IMG/VR virus record: IMGVR_UViG_3300017734_000004
Span: 1 to 62,357 of that record
Reading direction: 5' to 3' (one strand)
Length of the DNA stretch: 62,357 bases
From: a virus
Lineage: Duplodnaviria > Caudoviricetes
Shown here piece after piece: positions 36,396 to 46,559 of the stretch. How positions within the stretch are numbered: the first letter of the stretch is position 1; every line of letters starts with the position of its first letter. Both the position numbers and the translations under genes were made by a program. Under the pieces are notes generated by a model. That model worked only from the letters and a program-made list of their open reading frames with translations, did not search any database and was not told the origin of the DNA.

Positions 36396-37661
36396 ATGAG
36401 ACAGACACTGGCATTTGACAATACGCTTGAACACTGGAAGACGAGGTACTCCTACACTCCGTCATGCATGATGCATCTGAACAAGCTGTTCTTCTCTTCT
36501 CCGCAGAGAAAGACTAGTGGGGATGCAAAAAAAATATTCTATAGGCACAACGACTCATCTGAATCTCTCAACACTTTCTATGACTCTGCAGATCATTCGT
36601 CACCCAGCGCACTGGCCGTAAGCTTTAACGGATTTACTGCCAAGTCGATGCGGTCTGCCGCGTCAAACACGACCTCGTCAAACAAGCTGTTCAAGTCATT
36701 CTCTATCTCTGGCCTTAACGGGGCCTCGTCAGTTACAGGCCTTAGCCTGGGTGCCAGCTCGTTTATCGTAAACAACCAAGACAACACGGGATCTTCAGCC
36801 GAAGGATTTCACAGGCTTACACCACTTAAGCGCATGGGCAACTCTGGCTATGGCGAGGTGGGAAAAGACCTGAACATGTCGGGCATGAATATCAAAGCCA
36901 TTGGCAAGATTAAAAACGTGTATGGTTGGAATCAATTTGGAGGAATTATGGGCTATGCACAAGAAAATATATGGTCCCTTTTGAATACAAATGTCCCTGA
37001 GAATGTAACAATACCTGCCAAAATCACAGATGAAGATGGATTTGAAGTGGAGCCAGATGCAGATGGTATTTTTGAAGGTGGCTCTAGCCATTTGTATGCC
37101 TTTGAAATGGAGTATTTTCTGTCACAAAATCCTCTGCCCTCTAATGTTCTGGGCGGCGAGCCTGGAGAGGGGGTAAAGTTTTTTAGTAAAATCGATAGTG
37201 AGGATTCTCCTTATGTAAGTACGTATGTCCCATTAATTCCAGATTTTTCTGCCGCTATAAATAGTGTATTCAATGAGGATTTTGGTCTGTCTGCTGACTT
37301 TGCTGCTGGCACACAGTTTTCTTCTTATTTGTCTTATGGAGACCCATATCAGGACGAGACAAACACCTTTAAAAAAGGCAAATTTTTATTCGTTAAAACG
37401 AAATATGTAGATGGCAGCCCTCACCTTTCATTCCTAAGCGCTTTAGAGTTCAACGCATTACGAAATGGAGTTGATGTATATCTATACGCCATGACGCCAG
37501 GTAACATCAATGGCTCTGATGCACATGGGTCTTTTGCTGACGCATTTGTCGTTCTTGGCAACTCAAAGTTTGAGGTCTCATCATTGCAAACAGAGTTTGA
37601 ATTTACCGAGTATGACCACGGCGGCATAACAGGCACAGCCAGCAAGGCGAAGACTAAATAA
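36396..37661 (+). CDS. Probable detached C-terminal part of the nozzle protein
   Basis: Begins TLAFD....WKTRYSYTP; later N.FY and NKLFKS. Confidence 0.55.
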   Translation: MRQTLAFDNTLEHWKTRYSYTPSCMMHLNKLFFSSPQRKTSGDAKKIFYRHNDSSESLNTFYDSADHSSPSALAVSFNGFTAKSMRSAASNTTSSNKLFKSFSISGLNGASSVTGLSLGASSFIVNNQDNTGSSAEGFHRLTPLKRMGNSGYGEVGKDLNMSGMNIKAIGKIKNVYGWNQFGGIMGYAQENIWSLLNTNVPENVTIPAKITDEDGFEVEPDADGIFEGGSSHLYAFEMEYFLSQNPLPSNVLGGEPGEGVKFFSKIDSEDSPYVSTYVPLIPDFSAAINSVFNEDFGLSADFAAGTQFSSYLSYGDPYQDETNTFKKGKFLFVKTKYVDGSPHLSFLSALEFNALRNGVDVYLYAMTPGNINGSDAHGSFADAFVVLGNSKFEVSSLQTEFEFTEYDHGGITGTASKAKTK

Positions 37662-37669
37662 TAATTCAT

Positions 37670-37677
37670 TATTTTTG
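37670..37677 (+). promoter_or_regulatory. Bacteroidota -7 box
   Basis: TATTTTTG, intergenic. Confidence 0.45.
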
Positions 37678-37700
37678 TTACACATTATATTGCAGAATAG

Positions 37701-38813
37701 ATGAGCGCATTAGGTACAGCTTTATTGGTATCCCAGGGACTGGGAGCTCTTGGTAACTTCTTTATTGGAAGAAACCAAAAGAAAGAGGGACGACGCCTGG
37801 CTCGTCAGGGCAGAAAGGATATGCTTGCTACTGCTGGGCCAAGCGCTGAGCTTCTCGCTGGGGTCGATGAAACCAAAGGCCTTATTGCACAGGGTCAGGC
37901 AAGGGGTGAGGAAAGGCTTGACTCCAGTGTGGCTGGGTTTCTAGACGCTCTTGAGTCAGGCAACCAGTCTACCCTCGGCGCACTTACTGGTCAGTTTGCA
38001 GGGAATGTAGCTCAAGCAGGGGCAGATGCTGGGCTACAAGCCGCCTCTGCTATGGCTCAAGCCAATCAACCAGCCATTGATGCAGCAGAGCGTGAGATGG
38101 ATGTCTCACGACAGCTCGCAGGCTTTGATTTTCAGACAGGAACAGATGCATTTAACAAGGGCAAGCAGTTGCAGTTTGATGCTGCGGGGCAATTGCTAGA
38201 TATGCCTATGGACTTGGCAACGCTTCAAGTAGCCAACGATGGTGCCTTTGATAACCTGTTCCCTTTCCTAGGGGAGAATGGTGTTAAGGTGGGGCAAGCT
38301 GGAGCGTATACAGGCAGTGGCATCAACTCATCAACCATCAAGGACCTGTTGGCTGCCATGCCTAAGAAGAAAGATGACGACAAGGAGGAGGAGACAGAAG
38401 AAGAGAAGCGGAAGAGAGAGGAGCAAGAAAGGATTGAAGCCGCAAAGCGGGGTGAAGCCGCTGATACCGTAGATACGGTTGACAATGTAGGAGCCATGGG
38501 CGGCATGATGGGACCTGGCGACACGTTTCGCACCAAGGGCGCTGAAGATCACGACAAACAAGAGTACAATATTGTAGACGCTGAAACAGGTCAAACTGTA
38601 GCTAAGACAACAGGACAAGAAGATCACACCGTCAATGAAGACGGAAGCATGACGGTCCTAAACAGCGACCAGTCGGGATCTATTCATGACGCATTCAAAG
38701 GTGTTGATGTGCCGATGCTTCTTAAGTTCCTTGAGAAGTACCCACAGAAGGGGCAAGTCAGGGAGCTGATGTCTGCCTTGAATGTGTTCACTCTACCACA
38801 ATTCCAAGACTGA
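37701..38813 (+). CDS. Internal virion / ejection protein
   Basis: G/A-rich amphipathic N-terminus; position after the nozzle gene. Confidence 0.6.
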   Translation: MSALGTALLVSQGLGALGNFFIGRNQKKEGRRLARQGRKDMLATAGPSAELLAGVDETKGLIAQGQARGEERLDSSVAGFLDALESGNQSTLGALTGQFAGNVAQAGADAGLQAASAMAQANQPAIDAAEREMDVSRQLAGFDFQTGTDAFNKGKQLQFDAAGQLLDMPMDLATLQVANDGAFDNLFPFLGENGVKVGQAGAYTGSGINSSTIKDLLAAMPKKKDDDKEEETEEEKRKREEQERIEAAKRGEAADTVDTVDNVGAMGGMMGPGDTFRTKGAEDHDKQEYNIVDAETGQTVAKTTGQEDHTVNEDGSMTVLNSDQSGSIHDAFKGVDVPMLLKFLEKYPQKGQVRELMSALNVFTLPQFQD

Positions 38814-40861
38814 TGTCTAACGGATCAGGACTCAACCCAATATATACTGGGGGAGGTATCAATATGAAGGGCTTTGAGGGGCTCATTGATGCAGCTCAAA
38901 ATGCCGCCGCAGTTGATGCACGTCGTAACCAGCAGCTTCAGAATGCACGCAGGTCACAAGTCAACAAGGTCCAGAAGATTCTTGACGGAGTTTATCAAGA
39001 GACGGGAGCTGACCTAGCGCCAGGGCTAAGGCCTTTTTGGGCAGAGTATGTCGATGGTGTGGACCAGCAGATACAGAACATGACCCTGCAAGATGGCGTG
39101 CCCATCACCAGCGTAGCTCAAGGTCAAGCGTTATTGTTTCAGGCTGAGTCCTTCTATGACCACCTGTACAATTACAATCACTTCGAGGGAGGGTATGCTC
39201 CTGAAGATGAAATTGAGCTAATTGAAAACCTTATCTCTGACCCCGTTGCTCGGAGAAAGTTTCAAGAGAAGGCTCCAGTCGATAAGAACTACCAACTAGA
39301 CGACGCTACTCAAGCCAACAGTCGCCTGTCTCAGATGCAGGACTACGCAGACATTGGGTTTCTTGGAGCAACCCGAGCTGAAATCGAAGACGGAACATAC
39401 ACTCAGGGAGGGTACGCAAAATATGGCGAGATTGACTATAGCGGACCTACGCCACGCCTCAGGCTTACTAGCCCTAATGGTGTTGCTGACAGAAACAGCG
39501 CCAGTGGTTACGCTCAGCCAGGCTCATACCTTGACGGGCTGTCCGTCTACGGAGCCAACCACCAAGGCCTCTTCAATGTAGAGCGTTTTGCTGTGGACAG
39601 AGAGGCTAAAGATCTCTTTGCTCTTGGTCAAGAATATTTGCAGCCACAGGTTAAGTCAGATAGAGTGCAGTTGGGATGGGATAGAGGTACTGCCAACCGT
39701 TTGACGCCAGGCCTTGTGGACGACACCACAAAAGCAGGTCAAGAGGTCAGATATGCCATGCTTACTCAAGCAAGAAAAGACAATCCTAACATCTTTACGG
39801 ACGCCGAGGCGCGTGCATTTAGGTTTAACAACCCATCACTGGCATTTGAGCTAGATCAGCAGGGCAACGTGCAGGCTACAGAGGAGCAGCTGGCAAGCCT
39901 TCAGACAAGGTTCGACAGGCTCAAGGCTAATACAGATTACGTTAAGGAGCTTGTCAATGGAAGTAAGTACGACAGAGCTGTAAGGCAGGATACAAGAGAG
40001 GATCGTCAAAGTGATCTGTTCGCAGATATGTTGGCTGGTATGACCACTCTTAATCCAAATGACATCTTCTCAATTGAGCAAATCGAAGAAGAGATTGACG
40101 CTGGTCGCTTGCTCTATGGCACAGATCAAAGCGGCGTAGAGGCGCGAGAGGCCTTCCATGTGGCGTATGCAAAGCTTCTGGCCGAGAAGGCGGTTTTGGG
40201 TCAACAGATTCAGCCTGGTCAAAACGTCGGCGACATTGTTATCGTTGGCGCACCATCGTTTGCGCTGGCGGGCCAGCGTCTGTCCGAGCAAGCAGGTGTT
40301 ACGCGAGCATTCATTGAACAGTTTGAACTTGAAGGACATCACCTTCCACAAACAATTGGTCGTTTCCCAGTCAACTCTACAGGTAGCACAGAGCTTCAGT
40401 TCTCTCCACAAACTGGCGTTGAAGGAAACATCGATACGGTCTTCTTTACTGAAGACGATCAAGGAAAGCTTCAGCTTGGGGTTGCCCTTAACAAGAGTGG
40501 TGTCACTGGCTTCGGTGTAGGAACCCTTGGGTTGCCAATCATGCCACTGGAAGGAGAGATTACATTTGATCTTGACACACCTCTCTTTGATGTTGTCACC
40601 GCTACCGATGGAAGCCAGTCACTGAGGGATTTGGGTAGGGTTCAGGAGGGTGGATATCTTGCGGGCAGGACGTTTGCAACAGATACGCCTGAGCTTGTGT
40701 TTTACTTTGACCCAGTCAGCGACATCAGTAAGCTCAATACCCTTGGTAACAAGCTCGATGCCTTGTATGGCAAGACAGGCCAGAGCTTCCCCAACTCCGT
40801 GAATCCATCGCTTGGATACACCCTTAACGCTATGTTTGACAGGATTAATAAAACGCCATAA
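38813..40861 (+). CDS. Internal virion / ejection protein
   Basis: Position; helical N-terminus. Confidence 0.55.
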   Translation: MSNGSGLNPIYTGGGINMKGFEGLIDAAQNAAAVDARRNQQLQNARRSQVNKVQKILDGVYQETGADLAPGLRPFWAEYVDGVDQQIQNMTLQDGVPITSVAQGQALLFQAESFYDHLYNYNHFEGGYAPEDEIELIENLISDPVARRKFQEKAPVDKNYQLDDATQANSRLSQMQDYADIGFLGATRAEIEDGTYTQGGYAKYGEIDYSGPTPRLRLTSPNGVADRNSASGYAQPGSYLDGLSVYGANHQGLFNVERFAVDREAKDLFALGQEYLQPQVKSDRVQLGWDRGTANRLTPGLVDDTTKAGQEVRYAMLTQARKDNPNIFTDAEARAFRFNNPSLAFELDQQGNVQATEEQLASLQTRFDRLKANTDYVKELVNGSKYDRAVRQDTREDRQSDLFADMLAGMTTLNPNDIFSIEQIEEEIDAGRLLYGTDQSGVEAREAFHVAYAKLLAEKAVLGQQIQPGQNVGDIVIVGAPSFALAGQRLSEQAGVTRAFIEQFELEGHHLPQTIGRFPVNSTGSTELQFSPQTGVEGNIDTVFFTEDDQGKLQLGVALNKSGVTGFGVGTLGLPIMPLEGEITFDLDTPLFDVVTATDGSQSLRDLGRVQEGGYLAGRTFATDTPELVFYFDPVSDISKLNTLGNKLDALYGKTGQSFPNSVNPSLGYTLNAMFDRINKTP

Positions 40862-40863
40862 AG

Positions 40864-43800
40864 ATGGAGGACGAAGAAATCTTACAATTTATTGCTGACG
40901 AAAGGGGCCAGGGCAGAAACGACCAAGTTATTGGGCGCAGCCTGCAGATGCGTGGTGTCCCAAATTTCGCTGAGTACTTAAAAAAAAAAGACGATACTTC
41001 GACCTCGGCATCAAGTTCGGGAGAGGGAAGTACGGAATCAGCGCAAGCTACAGCTCCTCAGGGAGGACAAGAGCCTGGTTCTTCGGTTTCACCTGTAGCT
41101 CCACAGCCCGACTCTAACGTAGGCACTCAGGTTGATGGCCTAAGAGACCCGAGCGTCAACCCGCTGACGGGTGAGGTGACCCCATGGACAGACACGCCCT
41201 CGAACAGAGCGCGTTTGGAGATCGACCCTGTCCACTATGATGCCTTCCAGAAAGCTGGGTTTGCCAGGGTCATGCAATCTGTTGGTCCTGAGTTTGTTAC
41301 ACCTGAAATTCAAGGTGCATTTTCTGATTTTGCCACCCAAGGCAAGTGGTGGTGGAACGCCGTAGATGGCAACGTGCAATCGGTGGCTGAACAGCTGGCT
41401 AAAAACGACCAGTATTTAGAGAGAAACGGCCTAGAATACAAGAGCACTTCTGTTGTTGATCCCACAGCTGGCTCTAGCGTGCCAATGATTGGTGATTCTT
41501 ACACCATGGACCTGCCTGAAGAGCAGGTTTACCAAAACAAGGTTAGCGCTGTCAGTCAGCACCTGAATAAGCAGATACAAGAGAGCGTTGTCTCGTCCAT
41601 GTTGGAAGCCATGCCTGCCGATGTCAAGCAAAGCAATGATGCCTTGAAGTACACAGAGCAGTACATGCTTGAAAACTACGGGGCTATGCTGGACCTTACT
41701 GGTGAAGGCCAAGTGGGCAACACCCCCTTCCTAAAATTCGAAGGATTCGAACTCAATCAAGGCAGATCTGATGTTGGTGCCTTTGCCGCACCACTCCCTA
41801 AGTTCTCAGGCTACTTAGTTGACAAGTTTGACGCAGCTGGAATTGACTTGGTAAATGGCATCTACAACCTGTTTGGAGGTGAAGCCAAGGACGTGGAGGG
41901 CATGCGCGAAAAAGCAGACGAGATCCGTGCAAACACACTGCAGTTTAGTGAGAGCATGAGCGGCAGCTTTACCGATGGGCAGTTTGCCAATGGCTTGATG
42001 CAGCTCAGCGGGTTTGTATCAGAGGCTGTACCAACTATGTCCGTGCTTATCCCTGCGGCTACAGTAACTACAGTTGCCACAGGTGGTGCGGCAGCACCCT
42101 GGTGGGTGACTACAGGCCTTATTGGTGTAGAGGGCGCGGCGTTTAGCACAGCTATTGAATCCGCAAGGACTCGAAACCACCCTATGTTTAAACGCTACAC
42201 AAAGGATGGTCAGACCATAGGTCACGAAGAGATGATGCTTGCTACTGGCGGAGACCCAGAGCTCATGAACCAATACACAGAGAGCTTTGACGACACCGCT
42301 CGTTGGGGTCACCTGAGCACCGTATTTGGTACTGACTTTGTCTCAGCTGGAGCATCGTCACTTTTCTTCCTGAGGGCGCTGAAGGGAGCTGGATCAGCGG
42401 CTAACGTGGGCAACAACATGAACTCATGGTGGAACTCCCACCTTGCCAACATGGGATACTCGGTGCCCGTCAATAGCGTGACTGCATCAACAGCCGCTAT
42501 GGCCCAGTATGTTAGTATGCTGGAAAGTTCTGGTCAGGAGTACGACGCCAACGAGGTGTTCGAGCTGGGACTCGATGTAGCACTGGGTGTGGTGCCAGTT
42601 ACAGTTGGTGTAACGGGCGCTGGCTCAAGCGTAAGCTACGTGCAAACCAAGGCGCAGATTGCAAATGCCTTGGCTCGGGATGCCATTGGTAGAAATGGTG
42701 GCAACATCAAGATCAACCAACAGAGAACAAAGTTCTTGGAGATCCTTCGCAACAGCAAGGACAAAAACGAACAGATATACGCAGAGCGTCAGCTTGTTGC
42801 GCTAGAGGAGCAGAAGCTCAGCACCATGAATGCTGACGAGCAGTTCTATCTACGCATGAATCCTGAGGATTACGAGAATGTTCTTGCTCTGCACAGAGAT
42901 TACAACAGCAAGCTCCGTCAGGTCAACTCTTTGGAAGACCCGACTGGTGAAGTTGGGAAGGCTCTTCAAGATGACATGAGTGCCATCAAGGACAAGCGCC
43001 TGAACATTGAAAAGATGTACGAAGCAGAGAGTGCTGCCGATGTTGAGGCAGGTGCTCCTCCGCCAGACTCTGGATTAACTGGCCCCGATGGGTCAACACT
43101 TCCTATGGACTTTACTCCTGGGCTTTCTAAGTGGTGGTATGTAGAGTTCTTTGAGAAGTATGGCGACGTCAATGCCCTTCAGAAGTCAATTACCGAGACG
43201 CTAGACGTGGAGAACCAAGGTGCCAGAGCAGAACTTAGCAAGGACTTTGAGGTGCTTCAAAAACTTGCTGTATCCAAGGCGGCCAACCGCATTGAGGAGA
43301 TGGTCACTTTAAGAACACAGGATGGTGGTCTTATGGATCAGCTGAGACAGCTTCAAAAGAGCACAGATGCTGCTCTCTATGACGGCTTGCCTGAGGTACA
43401 CGACAAGAACATCATTGGTCTCTACGACAGGTGGTCCATCGCAAAGTTTGCGCCTGAAAGAAATAAGCAGGTAGTGGCAGACAACAAAGCAGAGCTTGAT
43501 GCACTGACTTCTTCTGTGAATGGAGACCTTACGCAACTCTCCGCCAAGCAGCGCAGCAGGGTAAACTTCCTCAGAGACAAGATTGCCAGCAGGAAAGGCA
43601 GTGGTATGGCAGATCAAGAAGCGGAATCCTTCTTGAACTCACTACCCGAAGATTTGATGCAAGCCTTTGAGTCCGTGAGAGAAGAGCACAGAGCTATTCA
43701 GCAGAACACCAGGGATGCTGCCCTCTCATATGGCTTTATTGATCAGGCCATGTATGACAAGATGCAGGGCACTGCAGAGAACTACGTCACGCTGACTGGT

Positions 43801-46122
43801 GACGGCATGAAGAATGTGGATGGAGACATTGCTCTTATCGACAATGAAATTGTGGAAGCCATCTTCCCATCACGCTCACGCCAGGGCGGTGTGCCAGACC
43901 AGCTTAGAAAAGCTTCTGGTCGTAGCGATGAGACAGGAAGTATTCTGGCAAAAACAATCGACCAGAACACGCAGATCCATGTCGCAGGCCAGAAGAACGT
44001 GGCTCTGCAAGGCCTCTATGAACTCCTGCTGTCCAACCCAAGCCCCAAAAACTATACGGTCGCTGACGAGGGCAACTCTACAGCAAAGAATACCGTGATG
44101 GTGTATGTCGATGGACAGAAGAAGTATATCACATTTGAGAATGAAGCGTATGCAAAGCCATTCAAGAGTGCTGGACCGAGCGACAACCAAGCATACGTAA
44201 AGCTCATTCAGCCTGCACAGAGGCTATTCAGCCTGGTGCCCAAGATGTACACCCAATACTCCACAACATTCTTTGCTGGAAATAGTGTACGAGATTATCA
44301 GGCATCTATTGTCAACGCCTTGTCAGCCGCAGAGAAAAAGTATGGGTATGCTCTTTACAATGCGGAAGGCAATCCATTGAACATCAGGCAGCTAGTAACC
44401 GACTCACACTTGGTTGGTACAGGGGAGTTCTTCAAGTCGTTCAAGGCCATTGCCGCTGACGAGTTTGGACCAGGCAACAACTTTAGAGGCGAGGAGAACA
44501 TTCGGTATCAGGAATACAAGCGGCACGGAGGTCAAACTGGATGGGGCTACCGAACACCGCTAGAGGATTTATCTAAGCAGCTCGCCGCAGAAGTAGATGA
44601 AACGGTTCGCGGTCAGAGGGCAACCAAGTGGATGTACGACAACAGCCTTGGGATGATTGAATCGTTTAACAATACATTTGAAAATGTATTTAGATTCCAG
44701 GTTTTCAAAGGCCTGAGAAACCAGGGAGTAGAGCCAGACTATGCTGCGGCAGTTGCCAAGGATGTAAGCATTGACTTCAACCGATCTGGCAATACAACAC
44801 CCAAGATCAGCGCGATGAAGTTCTTCTTGAACGCAGCTCTACAAGGTGCGGACATGACAGCGCAGACAACAACGGCCCTCAAGCCCAAGGTCAGCCCAGA
44901 GGGAGAGCAAAGAAACAGTGTGCAAAGATTGACCAATGCACAGAAACTTTTGATCGGTGGTGTTGGCTTTAGCTACATGCTTACACAATTCAATCAAGGG
45001 GTCACGGAAACAGACGTCGATGGCGTGACATTCTACGACAAGATCCCTGATCAGATTAAGCAAAAGAACCACATCATCATGTTGCCAGGCAGCCACACGG
45101 GAGAGCGCGTGCTCATCCCGAAGTCTTATGGCTTTGGGGCATTCAATGATCTTGGAGTCATGATCGCAGAGGTTCAGACGGGTGAACGTGAGGTGGGAGA
45201 CGCTGGGCTTTACTTTGGAGCCTCTGTCATTCAGAACATGTCACCTATATATTTCCGAGGTGTGGGTAGGGAGGACGACCCAACAAAAGATGCCGACCCT
45301 GTGACACAAGTAGGACTGGTTCTTGATAACCTCACCTCAATTGATCCTATTCAGCCTTTCATAGATGTCAGTGAGAATCTTGATGGATTTGGCAACCCCA
45401 TCTACAAAGAGCCTCGGCCAGGCCAGTCTCGTGCATCCCTAGCAAAGGACTCACCATCACTGCTGCAAGACATTGCGAATGTTCTCAATGAATCTTGGGT
45501 GAGTGGTGGTAGTGATCAGATTAGTGGGGACCTTGATTTTAATCCCGATGCACTTAACTACCTGTTGCAGAACTACCTGGGCAGCTCGTACGTCATGTTT
45601 GGGGATGCGGCAGATGGCATTCTAAATCAACAAGCTGGTCAAGGCGGTGTTGAAACGTGGCCCTTAATCAAAAAGTTTTATCAAGAGGACTTTGAGTATG
45701 CCGCGTATGGAAACTACTACGAAGCAAAAAATGTGGTTGGTTCATACTTGGCTGAGTTCGGAGACGTTGAGGAGCTTCTGGGAAATAAAAACAAACCGCT
45801 GCCCAGCAGGGACGAAATTCTTGCGGATAAAACGGCGTCTGAAAAAACTCCAGGCGGCGCGAAAATTAGATACGGCAACGCGATCGCTATGCAAGAGCTC
45901 TTCAGGGACATTGACTCAGAGCTTCGAGAGGTCAAAGACGCAAAGGATTTGCTTCAAGAGAAGCAAGACGAACTCGGATATGACATGTTTAATCTCGGTG
46001 TAGCCGACGAGTGGGCTGGGCTTGAATCGAAGATCAGCAAGCTGGAAAAAACTGAGATGCTTCTTATGGAGAAAGCATTAAAACAATACTATAAAAACTA
46101 CCCAAAAACTGAGGAGTTATGA
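40864..46122 (+). CDS. Large ejection protein with hydrophobic segments and a C-terminal LPD38-like region
   Basis: DFNRSG...FFLNAALQG, IPKSYGFG, N.DGFGNPI; G/A-rich membrane-like helices. Confidence 0.7.
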   Translation: MEDEEILQFIADERGQGRNDQVIGRSLQMRGVPNFAEYLKKKDDTSTSASSSGEGSTESAQATAPQGGQEPGSSVSPVAPQPDSNVGTQVDGLRDPSVNPLTGEVTPWTDTPSNRARLEIDPVHYDAFQKAGFARVMQSVGPEFVTPEIQGAFSDFATQGKWWWNAVDGNVQSVAEQLAKNDQYLERNGLEYKSTSVVDPTAGSSVPMIGDSYTMDLPEEQVYQNKVSAVSQHLNKQIQESVVSSMLEAMPADVKQSNDALKYTEQYMLENYGAMLDLTGEGQVGNTPFLKFEGFELNQGRSDVGAFAAPLPKFSGYLVDKFDAAGIDLVNGIYNLFGGEAKDVEGMREKADEIRANTLQFSESMSGSFTDGQFANGLMQLSGFVSEAVPTMSVLIPAATVTTVATGGAAAPWWVTTGLIGVEGAAFSTAIESARTRNHPMFKRYTKDGQTIGHEEMMLATGGDPELMNQYTESFDDTARWGHLSTVFGTDFVSAGASSLFFLRALKGAGSAANVGNNMNSWWNSHLANMGYSVPVNSVTASTAAMAQYVSMLESSGQEYDANEVFELGLDVALGVVPVTVGVTGAGSSVSYVQTKAQIANALARDAIGRNGGNIKINQQRTKFLEILRNSKDKNEQIYAERQLVALEEQKLSTMNADEQFYLRMNPEDYENVLALHRDYNSKLRQVNSLEDPTGEVGKALQDDMSAIKDKRLNIEKMYEAESAADVEAGAPPPDSGLTGPDGSTLPMDFTPGLSKWWYVEFFEKYGDVNALQKSITETLDVENQGARAELSKDFEVLQKLAVSKAANRIEEMVTLRTQDGGLMDQLRQLQKSTDAALYDGLPEVHDKNIIGLYDRWSIAKFAPERNKQVVADNKAELDALTSSVNGDLTQLSAKQRSRVNFLRDKIASRKGSGMADQEAESFLNSLPEDLMQAFESVREEHRAIQQNTRDAALSYGFIDQAMYDKMQGTAENYVTLTGDGMKNVDGDIALIDNEIVEAIFPSRSRQGGVPDQLRKASGRSDETGSILAKTIDQNTQIHVAGQKNVALQGLYELLLSNPSPKNYTVADEGNSTAKNTVMVYVDGQKKYITFENEAYAKPFKSAGPSDNQAYVKLIQPAQRLFSLVPKMYTQYSTTFFAGNSVRDYQASIVNALSAAEKKYGYALYNAEGNPLNIRQLVTDSHLVGTGEFFKSFKAIAADEFGPGNNFRGEENIRYQEYKRHGGQTGWGYRTPLEDLSKQLAAEVDETVRGQRATKWMYDNSLGMIESFNNTFENVFRFQVFKGLRNQGVEPDYAAAVAKDVSIDFNRSGNTTPKISAMKFFLNAALQGADMTAQTTTALKPKVSPEGEQRNSVQRLTNAQKLLIGGVGFSYMLTQFNQGVTETDVDGVTFYDKIPDQIKQKNHIIMLPGSHTGERVLIPKSYGFGAFNDLGVMIAEVQTGEREVGDAGLYFGASVIQNMSPIYFRGVGREDDPTKDADPVTQVGLVLDNLTSIDPIQPFIDVSENLDGFGNPIYKEPRPGQSRASLAKDSPSLLQDIANVLNESWVSGGSDQISGDLDFNPDALNYLLQNYLGSSYVMFGDAADGILNQQAGQGGVETWPLIKKFYQEDFEYAAYGNYYEAKNVVGSYLAEFGDVEELLGNKNKPLPSRDEILADKTASEKTPGGAKIRYGNAIAMQELFRDIDSELREVKDAKDLLQEKQDELGYDMFNLGVADEWAGLESKISKLEKTEMLLMEKALKQYYKNYPKTEEL

Positions 46123-46559
46123 GTGAAAAGAAAAAAATTAAAGACACCAAGCTAGGCGCGTGGCTGTCAGAAAAAGCGCCCCAAGTGTTGGGTGTTGTTG
46201 GAGACCTCCTGCCTGATAGCGGTGGTCTAGGTGTGGTCAAGAACCTGATTGACAAAGACCCAAAGGTGGACTCGCAAGAGGCACAAAGAATCATTGATGC
46301 TGAGGTTCGGTTTCAAGAGAACGTGACCGAGCGCTGGAAAGCCGACATGGGTAGCGACGTCAAGCTCGCTAAGCTGATTAGACCAATCACTTTGATTTGC
46401 CTCATGGGTATGTTCATGATCACCATGATGATTGACAGCATGGACAACGTGGCTTTCAACGTCAAGGACTCATATGTATCTTTGCTTGAGCTGCTTATGC
46501 TGACTGCATTTGGTGCATACTTCGCAGGCAGAACCATCGAAAAGAAAGCCAAGACATGA
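46119..46559 (+). CDS. Holin (3TM / gene-transfer-release type)
   Basis: VTERWKADM.SD..L.K.IRP, two TM helices, GAYF.GR..EK. Confidence 0.8.
   Translation: MSEKKKIKDTKLGAWLSEKAPQVLGVVGDLLPDSGGLGVVKNLIDKDPKVDSQEAQRIIDAEVRFQENVTERWKADMGSDVKLAKLIRPITLICLMGMFMITMMIDSMDNVAFNVKDSYVSLLELLMLTAFGAYFAGRTIEKKAKT

Noticed and set aside
36366-36398. Programmed frameshift joining the 1921-aa and 421-aa ORFs
   Set aside because: The open overlap window is only a few codons, with no slippery heptamer
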